Below are positions 53,709 to 64,000 of a DNA stretch of 64,000 nucleotides, in pieces (within the stretch, counting starts at the first letter, position 1; each line of letters starts with the position of its first letter). Under the pieces are notes generated by a model, which saw only the letters and a list, made by a program, of their open reading frames with translations, ran no database searches and was not told the origin of the DNA. This stretch comes from Octopus sinensis (Eukaryota). The translations under genes and the position numbers were made by a program. The DNA lies in NCBI RefSeq assembly GCF_006345805.1, contig NC_043010.1, forward strand, positions 54,126,001 to 54,190,000. The letters run 5' to 3'.

Positions 53709-53757
<49 letters not shown>

Positions 53758-54693
53758 GCTTTTGCGCAGCTTCTAACGCTGGAGATGTACTACAAGGCCA
53801 GCTGTACACTACCAGAGAAACAAAGGTAAGCTGGCAGAACCGTTAACACGCCGCGCGAAATGCGTAGCCGTATTTCGCCTGCCGTTACGTTCTGAGTTCG
53901 AATTCCGCCGAGGTCGACTTTGCCTTTCATACTTTCGGGGTCGATAAATTAAGTACCAGTTACGCACAGGGGTCGGTATAATCGACTTGATCCCTTTGTC
54001 TGTCTTTGTTTTCCCCTCTATGTTTAGCCCCTTGTGGGTAATAAAGAAACATATTTTTCGAGCACCTTCCTGAGTATTTGTGCGGTTCCAAGCAGTGCTG
54101 TTTTCTGCAAGTGCTCTATCCTTATTGCAGGCCCTATTTGTTCCTATTTATTCTCGAGATTTTTACTCACTATTCCCAGGACTCCCACAATTAATGGTAC
54201 TACTGCTACCTTTTTCATCGACCACAACTGCTTAACTATATCTCTCGACTTTTCTTTCTTCCTTATCGCATACCTTGTTGTCATCTGGGTATGCTATGTC
54301 TATGATTCAGCATAGCTTGCCTTCCTTCTCAATAAAGATTATGTCCGGCTTCCTATTCTCTATCTCATGGTCGCACTGAATCATAAAATTCCATAAGATC
54401 TTTGCATTTCTATTTCCAACAATGCCTTCAGGTTTGTGGTCGTACCAATATTTTTCTCTGTCAAATCCATACATGTTTCAGATTGTGCAATGGATAATCC
54501 TGGCTATATTGTCGTGGCGTCTCTTATATTCTTTTTGGTCTAGTGACGTACATTGGTTAGTAATATGCCATATGGTTTCACAATTTTGTGCACATATTCT
54601 ACACTTATCACTCACTAATGTGTAGTCTATTCTGTATGTTATGTAGTTTGTTCTTAGCTCTTGGGCAGCACTGATTAGAGGCTCCGTTTCTGG

Positions 54694-54697
<4 letters not shown>
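53758..54697 (-). mobile_element. 5'-truncated R4/Dong-like LINE with 3' UTR, inserted in (TAA)n and interrupted by a SINE
   Basis: KPETEPLISAAQELRTNY..CRICAQNCETIWHITNQCTSLDQKEYKRRHDNIARIIH..KPDIIFIEK..IIDIAYPDD..LQKTALLGTAQILRKVLEK; non-coding continuation at 53758-53815 beyond the SINE; (TAA)n on the element's sense strand at both ends (53708-53757, 54698-54765). Confidence 0.88.
53823..54044 (+). mobile_element. SINE nested in the Dong-like 3' UTR
   Basis: TSD AGAAACA at 53816-53822 and 54045-54051. Confidence 0.88.
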
Positions 54698-54741
<44 letters not shown>

Positions 54742-55129
54742 CATTATTATTATTATTTGAGGAAATTGCATAGCAAACATGGCAGTACAGATCTGCCTCC
54801 AAACGACTGCAGAACTATGTATAAGTCTCTCTTTCTCTCACTTCTCCTTTCTCACTCTTCTCTCCTCTATCTGTATATCAAATACCGTTTTTTATTTACA
54901 TCATTAAGTATTTTTGTCAGCGTCTATTGAAAAGGTTACAAGAAGCAACGAAAATTTTAGAAGAATAAAAAATTAAAAAGAGGAAATTTTACCGCTGAAT
55001 ATGTTAAATTATAAGGAACCAAAAGAGAATTTATTCACCCCAGACATAACAGAATATGCTTCAACACACCAAATCGCAAAAAGAATCGTTCAAACCAAAT
55101 CCGAAGACGAAATATATATATATATATAT

Positions 55130-55595
55130 ATACCTCTTCCTCCTTTACTCTGTCACCGCTCACACATGACCATCAGCCATCTTTCTTTTCCTCACACGAT
55201 CTTTCTTTTCCTTCAGTCTGTCGCACTGACCAGACGCATTCTTGTCTGTCTCCTCTCTTATCTGTTCACTTGTGAAAGAATATTCCTCTAACGGCCCTCC
55301 ATGTGTGTTTTCGTTTGGTTTATTGTAGGTCTCCACTGTCTTGTTTTTGCTACTAACTTTGACCCTCCGCAAATCCCAAACTTTATTTTTGTTTGCGGTA
55401 GCAACTATTTTTCGAAGCCTCATATTGTGGTTAATTGCTCGAAATATGGAGTAGATGAAGAGTCGACAACTGTGAAGGGTCGTTCTTTATGTTGTTTGTC
55501 TTGTTTTCCATTTGTGTCTCTCGTTGTTCGCATGCTCAAGTTTGCTCCTGTACTTCAGGCTGTTTTCATGTTGTTTACATTTTATGACGCCATGT
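55130..55595. mobile_element. Probable interspersed repeat, unclassified, between (TA)n tracts
   Basis: Pyrimidine-rich complex segment with sharp microsatellite borders; family not established from this window. Confidence 0.3.
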
Positions 55596-55635
55596 ACCCA
55601 TATATGCATATATATATTTATATATATTTTCATAT

Positions 55636-55666
<31 letters not shown>

Positions 55667-55920
55667 TATATGGAAGTATGTACATATACATATTTATGCA
55701 TATATATATATATATATATAGCAAAAGGATATCAAGTAATAATGCGGTACGACGGTTTCAAGCCGCTCCATTTCATTGGACAAACCAATCATTACATTAA
55801 TTTAAATGCACTGCTATCTTCAACTGAACGAATACATAAATAAAATTTTAACCAGTAGGACACATTAACATAAGTTTTCTGAAATATTTTAAAACACACA
55901 CACACGCACACACACACACA

Positions 55921-55997
<77 letters not shown>

Positions 55998-56295
55998 ATA
56001 GATATATATATATATATGGGTGGGTGTGTGTCTGAAAATCGTCCAGATTATCGGATGTTGTTATACACTGTTTGACTTTCGAGATCACATCACACGTCAC
56101 ACACCATAAGCTCACCTGATGGGAAGGCTATTCCGTCACAGGGTTACATATTTATAGCTGAGGGGACTGGAACAACATGGAATGAAATACTTTGCTCCAA
56201 ACCATAGCCCACATCCTTGTCCGCGAATCGAACACATTGTTTGGCGATCATGTGTGAAATTCCCTAACCACTACGCCACGGAACCTTCGTATTCG

Positions 56296-56376
<81 letters not shown>

Positions 56377-56502
56377 CAGTCGTGGGAATGTTGCCTTTCT
56401 GCCTTACTTTATATATGTGTGTATGTGCGCTTGTGTATGAGTTTGTGTGTATGTTGTATGTGTGTGTTTGTGAGTGTCTAAGCTACATGATCAGTGAAAT
56501 AT

Positions 56503-56968
56503 GATTTTTACTACCCACAAGGGGCTAAACACAGAGAGGACAAACATAGGCATTAAGTCGATTACATCGACCCCAGTGCGTAACTGGTACTTAATTTAAG
56601 GCGGGGAGTTGGCAGAAACGTTAGCACGCAGGACGAAATGCTTAGCAGTATTTCGTCTGCCGTTATGTTCTGAGTTCAAATTCCGCCGAGGTCGACTTTG
56701 CCTTTCATCCTCTAGGGGTCGATTAAATAAGTACCAGTTACGCACTGGGGTCGATGTAATCGACTTAATACCTATGTCTGTCCTTGTTTGTCTCCTCTGT
56801 CTTTAGCTCCTTGTGGGTAATAAAGAAATAGGTACTTAACTTATCGACCCCGAGAGGATGAAAGGCAAAGTCGACCTCGGCGGAATTTGAACCCAGAACG
56901 TAACGGCAGACGAAATACGGCTACGCGTTTCGCCCGGTGTGCTAACGATTTTGCCAGCCCGCCGCCTT
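56503..56968 (-). mobile_element. SINE interrupted by an oppositely oriented SINE of the same family (56598-56830, +)
   Basis: TSD GGTACTTAA(T/C)TT at 56586-56597 and 56831-56842; outer head at 56968, outer tail at about 56503. Confidence 0.92.
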
Positions 56969-58157
56969 TGCCAGTCAAACGCTGAAGCAGCTGAATTAAT
57001 CATAATCCGTTAAGTAGACTGCTCTATGTCTGTCTCATGCTCGCTTTATCTATATTTCTGATGCGACTTTCTCTTCTTATTTTACGCCTAATTCTCTTTA
57101 CCTCACTTTCAGTTTTTGCTGTAGTTTTCTTTGCATTTTCTGCGTCTCAACGTTTATTGTTTACAGTTGTTATTTTTTAAATTTGTTTTCTGTTTCCTTA
57201 TTTTGTCTCTTAATTGAAATATTTCTCTTGCCAATATCGAAACACAGACAGTAATTAATTCTTTTACAATTCTGTGTAAACATGTTTTCCTTGTGTTCTA
57301 AGACAAACAATCCTCATAGTTGCCTCTAACTGGAAAATCTTCACTTACCTAAATATTTGTTTATATTCACAAATATATAATATGAGGTTAATCATGAATA
57401 TACAATGTATACACTTCTTGATTTTGTATTATCCTCTTTTCTTTTTTTTTTGTGATTTTCCTTGATTTTTCTTTATAAATATCGGTTGAAACTGAGTAAC
57501 ATAATCAGAAATTTTCGTTTTAGAATTTATTTCTGATAGCTGTAAGATGTTGTGAGTATGAGGATACGTATATATTTCTTAGTGTTCCTGTAAAATTGTT
57601 CCTGTGTGTATTTGTTGATACGCGATAGAAATAACCTTGTTAAATATAAGCAAAGTTTCATAATTTAATTTTCCACACGACGCTTTTGTTTTCAAAATAA
57701 TAGGAAAGTTGTTGAATTTAAGTTGAAGAACAGAAAATTTACTTAACCCATAAAAGCCATTGGTAGCGAAGACATTATTGTAGAATACTAATATTGACAT
57801 GGGCAAACAAAATTTTCTTCATTGGCCAATTATGTAATGACAGTTATATACTTTTGATTGTGCTCAATAATATATTTAAAAATGTAAGGAAATTTTATAC
57901 CACATAAAATAGTGAAAGAAAAGAATTTATAGAGATTTTCTTTTAGAACGACTCGATTACATAATTTCGGTATTCACGATTATATATCATAATCAACAAA
58001 AACATCTACAGTTGGAACTGCAGTAATCGGAAGACTTTCACGAGGAAACATCTCACAGATCAAGGAACAATAATAGACGTTGAACATTGAGGCGTCAATT
58101 CAAACATCACAGTTGCAGCAGCTCGCTCAAGTTAATGGGTAGTTGACAACATTTCAC

Positions 58158-58210
58158 CTGCACAGAAATCCCTAATTGGCGAAGGAGATGTGCAATAATT
58201 ACCATTGGCA
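58158..58210 (-). CDS. Candidate 53-nt exon
   Basis: Acceptor TTGTTACTTTTAG, donor CAG|GTGAAA; two open frames (PMVIIAHLLRQLGISVQ or ANGNYCTSPSPIRDFCA). Confidence 0.25.
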
Positions 58211-58310
58211 CTAAAAGTAACAAGATTTTGCATCTGAGAGACGTTAGGGGATATTTTTAAATCTGAAACACTCTGAGATTAAAACAAACTTATTCGAACA
58301 AGAAAATTAC

Positions 58311-58810
58311 TATTTTTAAATCTCACAACGTGAGGTATTCAGCAACAGTACTCTGTAGTAAAGACTGTTTGCCAACATAACATGGCTGTCCTGGTTCAGG
58401 ACGAACGTTGCTGTAATTTAGCCCCTGGGGACATCGTCTCCAGTTGGCTATATGACACGATTTGTGTCCTTGTATTTTCGAACAATCTAAATTCTCTTGT
58501 TCGAAAATATTTTTAAATCTCAAAACGTGAGGTATTCAGCAACAGCACTTTGTAGTAAAGACTGTTTGCCAACATAATATGGCAGTCCTGGTTTAGTGCT
58601 AATGTTGCTGTAATTTAGCCCCTGGAGACATCGTCTTCAGCTGGCTATACGACACGATCTGTGTCCTTGTATTTTCGAACAATCTAGATTAGATTGTTCG
58701 AAAATATAAGGACACATATCGTGTCGTATAGCCAGATGTCTCCTGGGGATAAATTACAGCAACATTAGTCCTAAACCAGGACTGCCATATTATGTTGTCA
58801 AACAGTTTTT
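58311..58810. repeat. Two direct ~197 bp units followed by an inverted ~120 bp copy
   Basis: Unit starts at 58311 and 58508; palindrome arms 58558-58686/58690-58810 around a GAT loop, with a 9-nt deletion in the right arm. Confidence 0.92.
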
Positions 58811-58906
58811 ATTGTTCAAACATTTATGCTGAAACCTAAACGACATTCAAAGAATGCGAGTAACACTGCTTATATGAATGATACGCGTCAATTCATGCAT
58901 ATTCGT

Positions 58907-59280
58907 TTATTTATTCTTGTACTTGTTTCAGTCATTTGACTGCGGCCATCCTGGAGCACGGCCTTGAACGGTTTTAGCCGAACAAATCGTTCCTACTACT
59001 TATTTCTTAAGCTTAGTATTTTTTCGATTGCTCTGTTTTCCCGAACCGCTACGTCACGGGGTCGTAAACAACACATCAATACCGGTTGTCAAGCGGTGAT
59101 GGGGACTCAAACACAAAGACACAAACACACATACAGAAGACGGGCTTCTTACATCTTGCCCCCTACCAAGTCCACTGGCAAAGCTCTGGTCGGACCAAGG
59201 AAGGTGCCACGCAGTGGGACTGAATTCTAAAGCATGTGGTTGAGAAGCATGCTTTTTACCACAGAGCCACATCTGCGCCT
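58907..59280 (-). mobile_element. SINE (16024 family)
   Basis: Direct similarity to other copies. Confidence 0.82.
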
Positions 59281-59360
59281 ATCGTACCGCACAGCCATAC
59301 AGGTATATATGTTTGAAACAACTCTATGCCTCGAAGCCGCCATTTTCCTATTGGTGACCT

Positions 59361-59410
<50 letters not shown>

Positions 59411-60652
59411 TGTTAAGTGCAGTGATGCCTCTATTTTGATTGGTCATAATGGTATCACTGACAAAATTTCTCCACATATTTTTTCCAGCTCTTGTTGAAA
59501 AGAGTCTAAGCAATAGTTTTCAGTGAAAAAAAAATCTTTGTCCACTTAATGATTAATTCTCGCTAGTTTTGTAAATCTTTTCTACATTAAATATACAAGG
59601 ACAGACATTTAAATGCCATTAACGGTATTTAATATAATCTGATGCATCAAATTCAGTTACTAAGTTGTGATGTCTATGCGATGCAAAATTTGGTTCATGG
59701 CAAAATTTTACACATATGCTTTATATTTGGAAATATCTAGGCATATTGTCATATTTGTACAGGAAACGTGGGTGGAAATTCGTATGGAGAGCATAACAAT
59801 CGGCTATAGGCCAAAACCAGAAATAGCAAAGGCAGAAATTCTGCCACTGGAAGCATTGTTTAATATATAAATATATACAAACAAATGGAAAATATGCTTG
59901 TGTGATGTATGTAAGGCCAGTCATAATATTGGTTTCCAATTTTGGCACAAGGCCAGCAATTTAATGGGAGTGGGTTAGTCGATTACATGTATTCCAGTAC
60001 TCAGCTGCAATTTTGTCGCCTCCAAGAGGTCGAAAGCCAAACACGAAGTCGGCGGCACAGAGCCAAAAGGCGGATGAAATGCCATTAAGCATTCTGTCTA
60101 GCGTATTTATGATTCATATTGCTCGACACCCTAAAGCAAGTTATCGTATAGCTGGATGTAACCTTTACTTATTGCGACGATGCAATTCGTCATTTGCGTA
60201 GGGTGTTACAGTTGCATGGTGTGAGATTTTAAAACGTAACACGTAGTTGAAAGCCAAGAAAATTCATTGGGTACAACAGTAGCCGTCATAGAAGGCCAAG
60301 AGCATCTTTGGACTTTAACAGGTTACTAATTAACATGAATACTTGACAATTACCGTTGTATTTCCAAAAAAAGTCCGTCATGAACAAAGCGCCTATAGCT
60401 ACTATCTATAGCTTCGGAACAACTGAACTGGACCCTCACCACTGGACTTCAAAAGGAGTATTAACGTCAAAGAAGTGTATTCATCATTTTTTCTTAATTT
60501 GTCACATACTGCGTCGTTTTATACCTGAGAAGTACAGCTTGTATGGGTCTACATGTAATTGAAAGTAATGTCACACAAAGTTAGACAAATCATTCCTCAC
60601 AGCTTCGGAACTATCGAACTGGATCAATCGAACGTCAAAAGGTATGTTCATG

Positions 60653-60840
60653 AACGTTAGCACGCCGGGCGAAATATCTAGCGGTATTTCATCTGTCTTT
60701 ATGTTCTGAGTTCAAATTCCCCCTAGGTCGACTTTGCCTTTCATCCTTTCGGGGTCGATAAATTAAGTACCAGCTGCATACTGGAGTTGATCCAGTCGAC
60801 TGCCACCCTCCCCCAAATTTCGGGCCTTGAGTAGAAAAGA
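60653..60840 (+). mobile_element. SINE (AAGGCGGCGAGCTGG-head family)
   Basis: Direct similarity to other copies. Confidence 0.85.
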
Positions 60841-61389
60841 ATATGTACATGCATACATGCATACATGCCTGAATAAAGATTTGTATAAAAAGGATGCATT
60901 TTAAACTAACCAAATGTGTTTTATTGGACCTTTTTGTTGATATATAAAACAAAATAATGATCCCTTGACGGCTATGTTTGAATGGCACAAGCATACGCAA
61001 ATATTTAGAGGCTTATAGCTTTGGTCGTTTAACTATGTTAATGATTCTTCTGATAATGACAGATAAAACACACTTAGATACCGCCAGATGATAAAGCCAT
61101 TTGAACACTATCGATCAATACCGAATAATTTATCTTCAAGAAGTCATTATATCATTCGAAGTGTATTAATGATGAGATAGTCCAAATGAATCCTGTTCGT
61201 GATTAATAACTAAAATCGAAATCAGCGAATACAACGATTGTGAATCTCGTGCAAAGAGCAATCCAATTTAATTAGAATCTCAGTGTCTTGGCTGGCAATA
61301 AATACCTTATTATGTTCGAAATCTCTCTCACTCTCTCTTCCTCTCTCCATCTGTCTGTCTGTTTCCCTACCTGTCAGTCTGTTGTCTGC

Positions 61390-61471
<82 letters not shown>

Positions 61472-61472
61472 G

Positions 61473-61510
<38 letters not shown>

Positions 61511-61579
61511 CTCCAAATTTTGGCTATATCTCTCATTTTCGCTTCGTGTTTATGCGTCTCTCTCTCTCTCTCTCTAAAC

Positions 61580-61612
<33 letters not shown>

Positions 61613-61650
61613 ATATATATTTATATATACATGTCTATATATATATATAT

Positions 61651-61697
<47 letters not shown>

Positions 61698-61740
61698 AGG
61701 ACACATATACATACATATATCTATATGTATATACATACAT

Positions 61741-61820
<80 letters not shown>

Positions 61821-62535
61821 TTGCTATATGCATGCGCGCATTTGTAGGTGCGTATGTGTGTCAAAGAGCTGAAAAGAGAGAAAGAGAGAGAAAGGGGAGA
61901 GAAAGTGTGGGTGTGTTTGTGTGAGGCTGTGCAGTTAAATGTAAGTGTTAAAGCTAAGAATGTAACACTTATAATCAGTAAAGCTACTTAAGCCTGTCGC
62001 TAATTTATTTATTATAATTTACTCTGTTAATACAGTGGAATAACTATGGTTAATAGATTCTAGTATTAGATTTGTCTCACAACTATTACAACTAATAAAA
62101 ATGACGTAACGAACGCGTGGCACGTAGAACACATGGTGGGCTGTAACTAAAAGGTCAGTTTTTTGTATACTGTAAAGACATTTATGTCTTTAGGAAGCAT
62201 TAAATATTAAACCTTTGTATAATCTTCTTTAACAGGAAAGAGAAATGGCATTATGATCTTAGATATGGCTGTATGATAACGAACTTCGCTGTAGAAGCTC
62301 GTATTTGCCGGTTCAGTTTCATTACGCTCGAGTCAAACATATCAGGCAATTGCTTAAAATTTTCTGACCGGGATTTAAGAGACGAAAATTCATTCAAATT
62401 TCCTTATACATACATGCATGTGTATGTGTGAGTATATATTTATGTGGGGAAGTTTTCGAAAAAAACAAAAGACGTAGACAGGTGGTGAACAAAACAAACA
62501 GATGTATTAGTATAACGCTCAGGAATAGAAAAAGT

Positions 62536-62571
62536 CTTTTACGTTTCGAGCCTACGCTCTTCTACAGAAAG
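62536..62571 (-). ncRNA. Minimal type I hammerhead-like motif with A6U variant (Penelope pLTR-like context, about 62440-62630)
   Basis: Minus strand CUUU-CUGUAGA-A-GAGC-GUAG-GCUC-GAAAC-GUA-AAAG: 4-bp stem I, 4-bp stem II with tetraloop, loopless AC/GU stem III, GUA site; core differs from CUGANGA at position 6. Confidence 0.5.
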
Positions 62572-62957
62572 GTACACAGAAAAAACAAGGAGAGAAACAA
62601 GGAGAGAAATAAAAGTGTCTGTAGTGGCTAGTGTGTTTGTTCGTGTTTGTGTATGTGTGTGTATCACGTAATCACGAGATTGACGAGACTATCAGCTGTT
62701 GTTAGACATCAATGGTCCCCAATGCGTTTTGCATCGTTTTAGACTTCACCGCTGGCTATGTGATCAGAGTAACATTCCCCGGCCCTAACGCCCTATGATC
62801 TAAAGATCATTGGCCGAAATGACTTTTGTATAAATACACTATATTCTAAAGGTATTTGTGTCTAAACTCACTTTGGTCCAATAGCTTTTCTTCTATAGAA
62901 TCTCAACAAAATGTATAAATACGTGTAAAAGATTATACTCTAATAAGCCATTTTGGC

Positions 62958-63062
62958 TTTAGACGAAAATGCTTAGACGAAAGTGTCTCCAGACAAATAT
63001 GCTTTTAGACCAATTTGTCTTAGACTAAAGTAATTTAGACCAAAGTGTTTTAGACCAAAGTG
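62958..63062 (+). repeat. ~15 bp minisatellite (TTAGACCAAAGTG-like, about 7 copies)
   Basis: AGAC-spaced degenerate units; one inverted copy CACTTTGGTCCAA near 62869-62881. Confidence 0.7.
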
Positions 63063-63068
63063 CTGTAT

Positions 63069-63320
63069 AGGCGCGGGAGTGGCTGTGTGGTAAGTAGCTT
63101 GCTTACCAACAGCATGGTTCCGGGTTCAGTCCCACTGCGTGGCACCTTGGGCAAGTGTCTTCTACTACCATAGCCTCAGGCCGACCAAAGCCTTGTTAGT
63201 AGATTTGATAGACGGAAACTGAAAGAAGCTCGTCGTATAAATGTATATATATATGTGTGTGTATGTGTGTATTTGTGTGTCGTTGTTTGTCCCCCCAATA
63301 TCGCTTCACAACCGATGCTA
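63069..63320 (+). mobile_element. SINE 5' part (16024 family)
   Basis: GGCGCGGGAGTGGCTGTGTGGTAAG head and body. Confidence 0.88.
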
Positions 63321-63700
63321 TCTATCTATCAATAAATCTATATTCACACATACATATGTATTTATATGTATGTATGAATATGTGAGTGAATGTCGTAGAG
63401 AGTATGTCATTCCAGCACATTCCATTGCATATCCCGTTCAAGTCGCTATGCGGCACCTTGAGCAGGTGAGTTCTACTAAAAAGCACAAGTATCAATATGG
63501 CATTTTAAAGGGAATAGGGAATAGTATAAATGGGCAGCGGTAAAACACATCCTATATAACAGATATCAGTTCAAATTTGTTTCAAATAAATTTGAATTCG
63601 TAAAAGGCTACTCACTGTAGTTTGTCATGGGGATTAAATTCTTGCTTTTGGCTAAATTGTGTAAATCTCCATAGTCAAATATTCGAACGAGACCTACACG

Positions 63701-64000
63701 AGGCGTAGGAGTGGCTGTGTGGTAAGTAGCTTGTTTACCAGCCACATGGTTCCGGGTCAGTCCCACTGCATGGCACCTTGGGCAAGTGTCTTCTACAATA
63801 GCCTCGGGCCGACCAAAGCCTTGTGAGTGGATTTAGTAGACGGAAACTGAAAAGAAGCCCGTCGTATATATGTATATATATATATATATGTGTGTGTGTG
63901 TATATGTTTGTGTGTCTGTGTTTGTCCCCGCATCATCACTTGACAACCGATGCTGGTGTGTTTATGTCACGATAGAATAAGTACTAGGTTTACAAAGAAT
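63701..64000 (+). mobile_element. SINE (16024 family), runs off the window end
   Basis: AGGCGTAGGAGTGGCTGTGTGGTAAG head and body. Confidence 0.88.

Noticed and set aside
55226-55295. CTGACCA...CTCTAAC as a long-stem-II hammerhead
   Set aside because: Both halves of the catalytic core are mutated; not supportable from this copy.
55301-55843. 180-aa ORF with hydrophobic N-terminus
   Set aside because: T-rich repeat-like sequence running into (TA)n; hydrophobicity is compositional.
58630-58680. Minus-strand GAAA..GTATA..CTGAAGA as a hammerhead in the 197-bp unit
   Set aside because: No stem I can form, and the motif is not conserved in the other direct copy or the inverted arm.
1181-63543. 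Numerous track ORFs rich in YI, HT, LSIY, poly-T/Y/I/V or ER
   Set aside because: Translations of (TA)n, (CA)n, (TATC)n, (TAC)n, (TAA)n and (GA)n microsatellites; no coding signal.

Overview
AT-rich, repeat-dominated animal genomic DNA, very probably from a coleoid cephalopod (Octopus-type); this assignment rests on my recognition of the SINE families and microsatellite load, not on a database search. No complete protein-coding gene is recognisable, and most ORFs in the supplied track are translations of (TA)n, (CA)n, (GATA)n, (TAA)n or (TAC)n tracts or of SINEs. The window holds decayed Tc1/mariner elements, RTE, R4/Dong-like, Tx1-like and Penelope-like retroelement remnants, Helitron/HINE pieces, many tRNA-derived SINEs, several foldback palindromes and a few weak minus-strand exon candidates. 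The standout is a young, non-coding array of ~442-445 bp units (6428-8445): about 3.2 direct copies followed by an inverted ~1.3 copies. Every complete unit carries a type I hammerhead-ribozyme motif (9-bp stem I, CUGAUGA, GAAA, palindromic stem III, GUA cleavage site) and nested inverted repeats. This matches the architecture of a non-LTR retrozyme or Penelope-derived self-cleaving, potentially circular, RNA element. A second minimal hammerhead-like motif lies at 62536-62571. Three different retroelements sit inside specific microsatellites (TATC, TAA).
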